From NCBI GenBank assembly GCA_951406725.2, contig OX597817.1, positions 66,774,001 to 66,838,000 on the forward strand: a DNA stretch of 64,000 bases. The letters run 5' to 3'. Below the pieces are notes generated by a model. It ran no database searches and was not told where the DNA came from. It worked only from the letters and a program-made list of their open reading frames with translations. The DNA comes from Octopus vulgaris. Taxonomy: Eukaryota. Shown here piece by piece: positions 41,301 through 52,735 of this stretch. Made by a program: the position numbers and the translations under genes. Position 1 is the first letter of the stretch. The number at the start of each line of letters is the position of its first letter.

Positions 41301-44300
41301 CTCAGTCGGGGCTACCCGATGGACAGAAAGACCGATTCTATGACACTCTACTGCAGACTACCTCATTGACGAACGACAGAGACCTTATCTTTGTGGCTGG
41401 TGACTTCAATGGTCACGTTGGACGACATGCTGGGGGCTTCCATGGCGTACATGGAGGCTATGGCTATGGCTCCCGCAACGAGGAGGGAACCAGGCTGCTG
41501 GAGTTCTGCGATGCAAATAATCTTATGATTTGCAACACTAACTTCAGGAAACCTACCAGCCACCTAGTCACTTACCAATCGGGCCAACATACCAGCCAAA
41601 TTGACTACATCCTTACAAGGCAAAGGGAGAGATGGCTGCTTATAAATGCCAAAACCTTCCCAGGTGAAGAATGTACCCCACAACATAGACTGGTAGTTAG
41701 TGACTTTAGGATCAGGACTAGGAGGACAACCAGAAGACGACAAATATGGAGAAGAAGGATCTGGAAGCTTAAAGATCCTGCAAATGGACAGAGATTTAGG
41801 GACATATTACTTGAAGCCTCTGACGAAGTAGAAGGGGATAGAGCATCACAGGGGGTAGAAGACAGCTGGACGTTTCTAAGGGACAACCTGCTGAGAGCCA
41901 CTGACCAGATCTGTGGCTGGTGCAAAGTCCCCTCTCGACCTAGAATAACGTGGTGGTGGAACAATATTGTAGACAGGGCTATTAGAGAAAAGAGACAGGC
42001 TTGGAAGGTCTGGAAAAATGGGGGTAGCAGGGAATTGTATCAGACTGCCAAAAGAGAAGCTAGGAGACAGGTTTATTTAGCCAGAGGGGAAGCAGATAAG
42101 AAAATATTTGCCAATGTTCTGCGCCGTGAGGACCAAAGACTGGAGGTGTTTCGTGTTGCAAGACAGTGTGTGAGAGAGAATCGTGATGTGGTAGGAGAGA
42201 AGTGTGTTCGCATGGAAGATGGTTCACTTGCGCTAAATGAGGATGCAAAGAGAGAGGTTTGGAGATGCCACTATGAAAGGTTGCTGAATGAAGAAAATGA
42301 ATGGGATAAAGAGAGTCTGCCGAATGTTGACCCAACAGAGGGACCAGCTATCCGAGTTGATAGTTCTGTGGTAGCTAAGGCAATTAGAAGCATGAAGACA
42401 GGGAAAGCCCCAGGCCCATCAGGAATCACTGCAGAGATGCTCAAAATGTCTGGTAGTGTCGGCTATAGCCTAGTCACCCATATAGTTAATCAGGTGATAC
42501 ACAAAGGGGTCATACCCAATGACTGGTGTAGCAGTATAATAGTCAACTGCTACAAAGGTAAAGGTGATGCCCTAGATACAAATAACTACAGAGGTATCAA
42601 GCTGTTGGACCAGGTGATGAAGGTTACGGAGAGGGTCATAGCCCAACTAATTAGAGAGAGAGTTAGTTTAGATGAGATGCAGTTTGGGTTTGTGCCAGGG
42701 AAAAGTACTACTGATGCTATATTCCTGGTAAGGCAGCTGCAGGAGAAATACCTAGCCAAAGATAAGCCCCTGTACCTGGCTTTTGTTGACATGGAGAAAG
42801 CCTTCGACAGGGTCCCCCGATCCCTTATCTGGTGGGCAATGAGAAAACTAGGGATAGATGAATGGTTAGTGAGAGCTGTGCGGGCCATGTATAGGGACGC
42901 CGCTAGTAGGGTGAGGGTTGGAAATGAGTACAGTGAAGAATTCCGGGTAGAGGTAGGGGTCAACCAAGGCTCAGTTCTCAGCCCCCTCCTATTTATCATA
43001 GTCCTCCAGGCAATAACGGAGGAATTCAAGACAGGATGCCCTTGGGAGCTCCTCTATGCTGATGACCTTGCTCTAATTGCTGAGTCGCTATCAGAACTGG
43101 AGGAGAAGTTTCAGGTGTGGAAACAAGGTTTAGAATCGAAGGGCCTCAGAGTCAATCTAGCTAAAACCAAAGTCGTAATCAGTAGGAAGGTAGACAAATC
43201 ACAAACACCTTCAGGTAGATGGCCCTTCTCGATTTGTAGAAAAGGTGTAGGTAGAAACTCTATAAGATGCACCAAGTGTAAGCTATGGACACATAAGAGA
43301 TGCAGCAATGTCAAAGGAAGGCTAACTAGGAAGATGGTTTTTGTATGTGGCAGATGCTCAGGAACAATAAACACTGAAAATGCTCTGAGACCAACTTCCG
43401 TCACTTTCCAGGGAGAAAAACTAGAAATAGTTGATAGTTTCCGTTACCTAGGTGACCAAGTCAGCAGCGGGGGCGGGTGTGCTGAAAGTGTAACTGCTAG
43501 AGTAAGAATAGCTTGGGCAAAGTTCAGAGAGCTCTTACCTCTGCTGGTGACAAAAGGCCTCTCGCACAGAGTGAAAGGCAGACTGTATGATGCGTGTGTA
43601 CGAACAGCCATGCTACATGGCAGTGAAACATGGGCCGTGACTGCTGAGGATATGCGTAAGCTCGCTAGAAATGAAGCCAGTATGCTCCGATGGATGTGTA
43701 ATGCCGGTACTCACACTCGGCAGAGTGTAAGTACCTTGAGAGAAAAGCTGGACCTAAGAAGCATCAGTTGTGGTGTGCAAGAGAGACGTTTGCGCTGGTA
43801 TGGTCATGTGGCGAGAATGGATGAAGATAGTTGTGTGAAAAAGTGCCACACCCTAGCGGTTGAGGGAACCTGTGGAAGAGGCAGACCCAGGAAAACCTGG
43901 GACGAGGTGGTGAAGCACGACCTTCGAACTTTAGGTCTCACTGAGGAAATGACTAGAGACCGAGACCTCTGGAAGTGTGCTGTGCGCGAGAAGACCCGGC
44001 AGGACAAGTGAGTCCACAACCCGTGGCCTTCTACATGGGATGGAGCCAGCCTACGTATGCATACCTTCCCTTCTTGGGACACAAAACTCTACTTGTGAAG
44101 ACGTGTTGAGGCAAGTGAGGATCAGAATCGAAATCGATCAATGGAAATTGCGGATGTGCTACCAGTGCCGGTGGCATGTCAAAACTCTGCTTGTGAAGAC
44201 CCATTGAGGCAAGTGAGGATCAGAATCGAAATCGATCAATGGAAATCGATCAATGGAAATTGCAGATGTGTTACCAGTGCCGGTGGCATGTAAGAGAACT

Positions 44301-46009
44301 TTCCGTTTCGCGACCGTTGCCAGCACCGCCCCGTTTCGTGTCCGTTGCCAGCCTCGCCTGGCCCTCGTGCCGGTGGCACATAAAAAGCACCATCCGTTCG
44401 TGGCCGTTTGCCAGCTCTGTCTGGCACCAGTGCGGGTGGCACGTAAAAAGCACCCACTACACTCACGGAGTGGTTGGCGTTAGGAAGGGCATCCAGCTGT
44501 AGAAACACTGCCAGATTTGACTGGGCCTGATGAAGCCTTCTGGCTTCACAGACCCCAGTAGAACCGTCCAACCCATGCTAGCATGGAAAACGGACGCTAA
44601 ATGATGATGATGATGATGATGATGATGATGCGAGCTGCACCCTCCCAGTGCGGGTACCTCTCATCCTGATACAAATCCAAACTCTAATTAAGGGTATTCC
44701 AACCATGAAAATTCCATCTTTCATTTTAGCTGTTACTATTCAATATTTCAATTCATTTGAGCAAGATTTTTGGTCCCTACTACAAGCCCTCTTTGCAGTT
44801 AGCTGACCTACAAAAAAAAATAGTAGCCAAATTAACCCTTCCATCTTCAAAAAAGGAAGAACACACTGGACACACATGGATGAAAAACTATGATGAATGC
44901 TTTTGATCACATGTCTGCTCCATCAGGGATAAACTAGGGGTAAAGAATTACAATTGCAAAAAAAGGACAACCAGAAATTACCTCTGTGTAAAATGGCACA
45001 TATTCTGGAAGTTGCTGCTTCAGCATTTTCTCAGGTTTGAAATATTTTGGCTCACTTACGACATTTCTGTGAAAAAAAAAGCAAAAAAATACTTGGTTAA
45101 AAACAATAGATAAGACTGCTGAATCTTCAACAAGAGTTGGATTACAGGGCCAAAGGTCAAATTCTCAAATTGATGTCAGAAGCATTACAATCCTGCAACC
45201 TATTGTACTTCTGGGTCACCACTTGAATGAGTAGGTTTATACAAAAGTGATGTATTTTAAGATAATTATGGAAACTCATAATACAATGTTTTCACTTCAT
45301 ACATACACTTTCTCATGTATTCCTTTACATGAAGGTAAACTGGATTAATGATATTTAAGGACCTATCCTAGGTACATAGCAAAGCACTGATGATGCAATA
45401 TGAACCAGTGCTTTTTCCGTTAGCTTTTAAGTTTGATCAGCTGCTGCACTCAGGTAAGGATACAGTCTTGGTCAAATTAGTTTTTATTTGTTTGTCATTG
45501 AACTATGGCCATTTATAATGGTGGAACTTGAAGTAGATAAAGCTATGAATAATAGTGTGTAAAATACTGGATTAAAAAAAACAACCTTGGAGAGAAAAAT
45601 TAAAAGGTTGCCCAACAACATTTCAACTTAGATATTATTTAGATAACTGGCGTTGGCAGAATAATATCTATACTAGAGTAATAGAAACTCATTAAATATT
45701 TTCAAAAGGTTCCTATGTTAACATGGGAAAGGGATCTTTATTTACAAGACTTGGGTGGGGTTGTTGTTGTTTAGCCCCAGGAGAGATCTTATTAAGCAGA
45801 CCTATGATCAACAGAATTCTGGCCATGACAGCCTCATCTTTTTGTATATCTAGTAGTACCTTATCCTATATGTTTTATTTTTTAAATATGTTTGGGTGTG
45901 ATTTGATGGAGATTTGGTTGCCATGTTTGGTAGGTCAAGTGACCACATAAGACCGCCCCTTTGTTGGCTCATAAGTGTTGTAAGTCTATCTGATGTCTGT
46001 CTACTGGCT

Positions 46010-46044
<35 letters not shown>

Positions 46045-49000
46045 TGCATGTGCATGAATGCACACTAAGTGATTGCAATACATAATTCTTACCCAAGTGG
46101 AATATTGATGATGGGAGGGAACTGATAAACACTCTTAGAAAAATGAACCAAAATAATGAAGCAATAATAAAGTCTACCTGAACAAATTCACCATAAGTTC
46201 CACAAAAGAATGTTGAATTTGTCTGTTAAAAAGAGTGTTCTTTTGCTTCCGAAACTCCACATCCTTCTTGTGGCTGAAGCTTGTTGGGCTGCAAGTAAAT
46301 GGAAATAATAAAGAAATTTGTCCATCTAAAATAAACAAACCAGGAAAAAAATGTTTTATTTCTTAGAAAACAAACGTAGGACCTCTTGAATCAGAATTAG
46401 GGGAGCAAGAGTGAAGAATATTTAGTTTGTGCTTCATGCAGTCATGTTGAATTGATTTTGGTATAGTTTGAAAAGAATTGGTTGAAAGTGAGTCACATAT
46501 GAATATTTTTAACACAAAAACACATGCATACAATGGAGACAGCTTGTATTATACAAACACACACACATGCATACATGGTTTCTATCATGCAAAAATGCAT
46601 ATGTTGATGGAGGGTTTCTATCATGCAGACACACACATAGACAGAGGATTTCTTTTGCATACAAACGAATACATATTGACAGACAACTTGTATTTTCCAG
46701 ATGCATAGGGCAATGGTAGATTCACTTAGTTCCATAGTTCAAATTCCACAAGGTTACAAAAATCAACTTTTCCGTTCAAATTTCTGGAGTTGATAAAATT
46801 AGTTACCAATAAACTACTAGAGTAATATGATCAACAATACTATACATCCAAACATTAGCTCTTAAACAGATATTATAAACCATGATACAAAACATGCACA
46901 TACACAAACATTACATACACATGTAATACATGTACATGGATACATACATACATATCATCATCATCACCATCATCATCATTTTGCATCTATATGCCATGCT
47001 GGCAAGGGCTGGACAGTTTGACAAGATCTGATAGGTCAGAGAACTGTGTTAAACTCCAAGGTCTGTTTTAGCATGGTTTGTTTGGCTAGTTGCCCTTCCT
47101 AGTGTCAACTACTTTACAAAGTATACTGGGTGCATTTTTGTGTCACTGGCACTAGTGAGGTTGCCAACTAGCTTGCAAGATAAGAACCCTTGATTGAGCA
47201 GGGTGTAGTATCGAGGGAGGTGGCTTAAGACATGTGCTGAGAGGCAAGAGTATGATAAAGGCATAGGAACAGGTGTTTTACTATAGAGAAGATGTATAGC
47301 TACCCCAGCTGGAATAGGAGATAGTAGTGATGAAGTGTCAGAACATACTCTAAAAGTACAAGAGAATGATTGTGATGGGTGAGGCAGAGGAACAGGTGAG
47401 ACAGATAGAAGCAGAGGTGTGAGTAAGCTTGCAAGGGTGGGGACTAGGGATATTGAAGAATATCAGTCATTACAATACCATTGAAACTTGCACTTACGTT
47501 ACAGCTTCAATCAAGTCAAAGTTAAAACGAATCTTTTCATAGACATCTTGCAGCAGTTTGACTGGTTCTGCTGGCATTTCAGGGAGTACAGTTGTAGTAT
47601 TTTCCAGGCTGAGTGATCCCTCATCAATATTAACAATAATGAGGTCTGTAATCTGAAGTTGCAAGCAGAAAGAAATGACAGTGAAGAATATGAACACATT
47701 TGTGTAACAGCACATACAAAAATAATTATCGACTGAAAGTCAAACTCATCCTTCTTCATTGTAATTACATGTGCAAAATTTTATGCCCCTTCATCAGAAC
47801 ATGTGAAGAAATGGGAGATTAAATAAAGCTATTGCTATTGCTTAGATATGTGGGAGAGAGTAGTGACATGTGCAGATTGGTATTTTTATAATAGTAAGTC
47901 TACTTTGTGTAGCTCTTTTCTGTTGCTTAATATTGGTTTCAGTTTATAAATTAGGATGGCCTCTTTGATTCAAAAGTTGCCTGTGTTACGTTCCGCAGTC
48001 CCAATGAATACAATAAAGTACCAGGTCTGGTACTTCTGCGGGTGTTAATAGCCAGAAGTGTTGTTTGTACACACATGTTCTTTGATGTGAATGTAGTTTC
48101 TTGGTGATGCTTCCAATGTAAGATGCACTGCATTTGCTGTAGACTACCTCATATACTATGTGGACACTCAAACACATTTTTATGTTGTTACCTATTTAAA
48201 AAAAGATGGCTCTACTGCACACATATGCATGTACACATACACACACTGGGATGCACACACATTTACATGCACACATACATGCATATGTATACATAGGCAT
48301 AAGACTAATTCTCAGACAAATTTAAGGCAGACCTTGAAGAGTGAGGGCATTTCATTGGAGAGTCGTAAATAACAATGAAAGGACTTTGACAAACAACCAA
48401 TTGATTGTTTAATCATCACATTAAACAATTAAACAAATGTTCAGTTAGTTACTTGGTTTGATATTTAACCAATTGACAAAAAATAAAGAAGTATTATTGA
48501 ATCAGTGCATCCTGCCAAAAGAATACAAACCCAGAAGATGTTCAGATAAAGAATGCTCAAAATATCTGGCAGTGTCGGATATAGCCTGCTCATCTGTATA
48601 GTCAACCAGGTGATACATGAAGGAGTCATACCCAATAACTGGTGTAGCAGTACCATAGTCAACTACCACAAAGGTAAAGGTGATGCATTAGATACAAATA
48701 ATTACAGAGGTATCAAGCTGTTGGATCAGGTAATGAAGGTCACGGAGAGGGTTGTAGCCCAACTAATTAGGGAGAGGGTCAGTCCAGATGAGATGCAGTT
48801 TGGGTTTGTGCTAGGGAAAAGCACCACTGATGCTACATTTCTGGTAAGACAGCTGCAGGAGAAATACCTAGACAAAGATAAACCCCTGTACCTAGCTTTC
48901 ATTGACATGGAGAGAGCCTTTGACAGGGTCCCCTGATCCCTTATCTGGTGGTCAATGAAGAAACTAGAGATAGATGAATGGTTAGTGAGAGCTGTGCAAG

Positions 49001-52000
49001 CCATGTACAGGGATGCTGTCAGTAAGGTGAGGGTTGGTAATGAGTACAGTGAAGAATTCCAGGTAGAGGTAGGGGTCCAACAAGGTTCAGTCCTCAACCC
49101 CTTCCTATTTATCGTAGTCCTCCAGACAATAACAGAGGAATTCGCAACAGGATGCCCCTGGAAGCTCCTCTATGCTGATGGCCTTGCTCTTATTGCTGAG
49201 TCACTATCAGAACTAGAGGAGAAGTTTCAGGTGTGGAAGCAAGGATTAGAATCGAAGGGCTTTAGAGTCAACCTAGCTAAAACCAAAGTCTTAATAAGTA
49301 CGAAGGCAGACAAATCACAAATCCCTTCAGGTAGATTATTTGTTCCTTCTTGAGCCATCCCTGGCTCATAAGGGCTGGTTTCCTGGTTTTCTTAGCATAC
49401 AGGTTCCCCAACTGGAAGGGACACCAGTTCGTCGCAGGTGAGCTGCAAGATGCAGGAGGAAAGAGTGAGAGAAAGTTGTGGCGAAAGAGTCAGCAGAAGT
49501 TTGCCGTTACCTTCTGCTGGAACTGCGGGGAGCTTAGGTGTTTCACTCATAAACACACACATCGCCCATTCTGAGATTCAAATCTACGATCCCTCGATCA
49601 CGAGTCTGCTGCTCTAATCATTAGATCTGTAGAAAAGGCATAGGTAGAAACTCTATAAGCCAAGGGCACATAAGAGGTACAGCAATTTCAAAGGAAGACA
49701 AACTGGGAAGATAGTTTTTATATGTGGCAGATGCTCAGGAGCAATAAACACTGGAAATGTGCAGAGAACAACTTCTGTTACATTCCAGGGAGAAAAACTA
49801 GAAGTAGTTGACAGCTTCCATTACCTAGGTGACCAAGTCAGTAGCGGGGGTGGATGCTCTGAGAGTATAGCTGCTAGAATAAGAATAGCCTGAGCAGAGT
49901 TCAGAGCGTTGCTGGTGATAAAGGGCCTCTCACTCAGAGTAAAAGGTAGACTGTATGATGCATGTGTACGAACAGCCATGCTACATGGCAGTGAAATATG
50001 GGCAGTGACTGCTGAGGACATGCTTAAGCTTGCAAGGAATGAAGCCAGCATGCTCCACTGGATGTGCAATGTCAGTGTGCATACACGACAGAGTGTAAGC
50101 ACTTTGAGAGAAAAGTTGGACTTAAGAAGCATCAGATGTGGTGTGCAAGAGAGACGACTGCTCTGGTATGGACATGTGGTGCAAATGGATAAGATCAGCT
50201 GTGTGAAAAAGTGTCACACCCTAGCAGTTGAGGGAATCTGTGGAAGAAGTAGACCCAGGAAGACCTGGGATGAGATGGTGAAGCACGACCTTCAAACATT
50301 GGGCCTCACTGAGGCAATGACTAGTGACTGGGACCTTTGGAAATATGTTGTGCTTGAGAAGACCCGGCAAGCCAAGTGAGACCATAACCTGAGGCCTATG
50401 CCAGTGATGTAACCAGCCTAGTTGTGTGTTGCTTGTGAAGACCTGTTGAGGTAAGTGAAATCAAAATTAAAATCAAATTCGCTGAAGTGGCCAATGACAG
50501 TACTGCTTGACTGGCACCCATGCCAGTGGAACGTAAAGAGCACCATCCGAGTGTGACCATTGCCAGGGCCGCTGACTGGCTCCCATGCTGGTGGCACATA
50601 AAAAGCACCATTCAAGCGTGATCATTACCATTGTCATCTTACTGGCACCTCTGCCGGTGGCATGTGAAAAACAACATTCGAGCGAGGTCATTGCCAGTGC
50701 CACTGGACTGGCTCCTGTGCAGGTGGCACATAAAAAACACCATTTGAGCGTAGCTGTCGCCAGTACCACCTGACTGGCCCTTGTACTGGTGGCATGTAAA
50801 AGCACCCACTGCGCTTTCAGAGTGGTTGGCATTAGGAAGGACATCCAGCTGTAGAAACTCTGCCAGATCAGATTGGAGCCTGGTGCAGCCATCTGACTCT
50901 CCAGTCCCCAGTTAAACTGTCCAACCCATGCCAGCATGGAAAACAAATGTTAAACGATGATGATGAATGACCCTCCCTAGACATAGAAGATGCACACACA
51001 CACACACACACATGCACACACACACACATACACACACACACACATACATACATACATATGTATGTATGTATTAAGAAGGGTATCTTGCAATAGAAACCAT
51101 ATTAAAGCTGACATGGAGTATACTGCAGCTCTGTGGCTTGTGGATTCTGTCAAACCATCCAATCCATATCAGCATGGAAAACAGATGTTAAGTGAAGATA
51201 ATGATGATGATGAGGATATATATATATTGTTCAAAATTGTGCCAAAAAAAAACCCCACAAAAAACAGAGACAGTTGAGAGAGTAACAAACAAGGTTTTAT
51301 TGGTTTCACACTCAGAAAAAATGGAAAGTGGATAGAGATTTAATTCTGTACAGTTTTTCACTTAACGGCTGTCTGCATGACCTGCAGCAAATTAAGGAGA
51401 TCGTGTTTTTCAGTGCATATACTAAGTTTAGCTCTGGCTCTCTTGAGGAAATATAAGATGAACATGGCTAACTCATGAGAGCTTTGATTCAGCAGGGTTT
51501 ATTACAGACAGTTGCAACCCAGAATATTAGTTTAGTGAGAGTGGTTGAACAGAAACAATAGAAAAGAGGACGCACTAAACTTGAAAGAGTGCAAAAGAGG
51601 ACAAAAAAAAAAAACAGGAGCAGATTACTGTAAATTCTGGACTACAGAGCACACCTGATTAAAAGCCACATACTCTAATTTTAGAAAGAAAACTAATTTA
51701 GTACTTGTATAGGCTGCACCGGATTTTAAGCTGCTGGTGTCCAATGTTGTAATATGAGATATCTACACAGAATGATATTACACGTGAGGATTTTCTAACT
51801 TTTAATTTAATCCGTATGGTAACATAAACAAACACATATTGCAAAATGCTTTTCTTCAAACAGTGCCTGTAACACGGCTACCTTTAAATATAGGTACATA
51901 TCAGTAACATACAAATTACATTGCTTATGCTTTTTTACTGAAAAGTGCATGAACAACATTCCTCCTAATGGCCAGTATATCTATTATATAAAATCTGTTT

Positions 52001-52696
52001 TGTCTGTCTGTGTGAGTGTGTCTTCTAGGATCTCGGGCATCCTCCATCCGATTGCGCCCAAATTTGTTATGTAGATACCGACGATATCAGGGCATGTATG
52101 AGTCTTGAAAAAATTACAAAAATCGATTCCAGGTGAGAAGGCAAAACTGCACCTTCCATTTTTGTTGTTTTTTTACTGCTTAAAAGCACGTTTTTTTCCT
52201 GTCAAGCTTACTGTTTAAACCATGTTTGTGTTCTCCCAGTCAACAGTCTTATCATTAATGGTACTTTAAACTCTTCAGTTGCATATTTGTGTGAATAAAA
52301 TCGTTTTTCTTTGGAATAGAAAAAAAGTCTATTTTATTTCTTCTTTTGCTGGTGTCTCAAATTCAGGTTAAATCAGTGTTTCTCAAAGGGGAGGCCTATG
52401 GGACAGTCGGACAAGTTGTTTTGAGAAAATTTGGTTTAAATGTTTAACGTCCATTGGACGGGGGGGGGGGGCGTTTTGCTTGTATACTTTACTTTACTTT
52501 TTACTTTTATTAGTTTCAGTCATTTGACTGCGGCCATGCTGGAGCACCGCCTTTAGTCGAGCAAATCGACCCCGGGACTTATTCTTTGTAAGCCCAGTAC
52601 TTATTCTATCGGTCTCTTCTGCCGAACCGCTAAGTGACAGGAACCTAAACACACCAGCATCGGTTGTCAAGCAATGCTAGGGGGACAAACACAGAT

Positions 52697-52735
<39 letters not shown>

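Larger units (their letters stand above)
39768..44630 (+). mobile_element. Near full-length young RTE-clade LINE
   Basis: ~1.08-kb 5' region, single intact APE-RT ORF, 0.6-kb 3' UTR, (GAT)n tail. Confidence 0.93.
39388..44673 (+). mobile_element. Solo LTR (~420 bp: 39388-39767 plus 44631-44673) split by the RTE insertion
   Basis: TGTA...TACA termini; 4-bp TSD AATC (39384-87 and 44674-77); AATAAA near 39702; interrupts an older repeat whose halves lie on either side. Confidence 0.75.

Noticed and set aside
46289-46327. Alternative acceptor at 46326-46327
   Set aside because: It gives phase 1, incompatible with the phase-2 donor of exon w5. The acceptor at 46289-46290 fits and has a better pyrimidine tract.
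47975-48060. Possible minus-strand hammerhead near the GIY-YIG remnant
   Set aside because: A stem is present (cgcag...ctgcg) but the CUGANGA core is absent and GAAAC is degenerate.
50480-50810. Repeat-spacer-like array next to an RT, resembling CRISPR
   Set aside because: The spacers are homologous to each other, the array is the 3' UTR of a eukaryotic LINE, and there are no cas genes. Kept as a tandem structured repeat.
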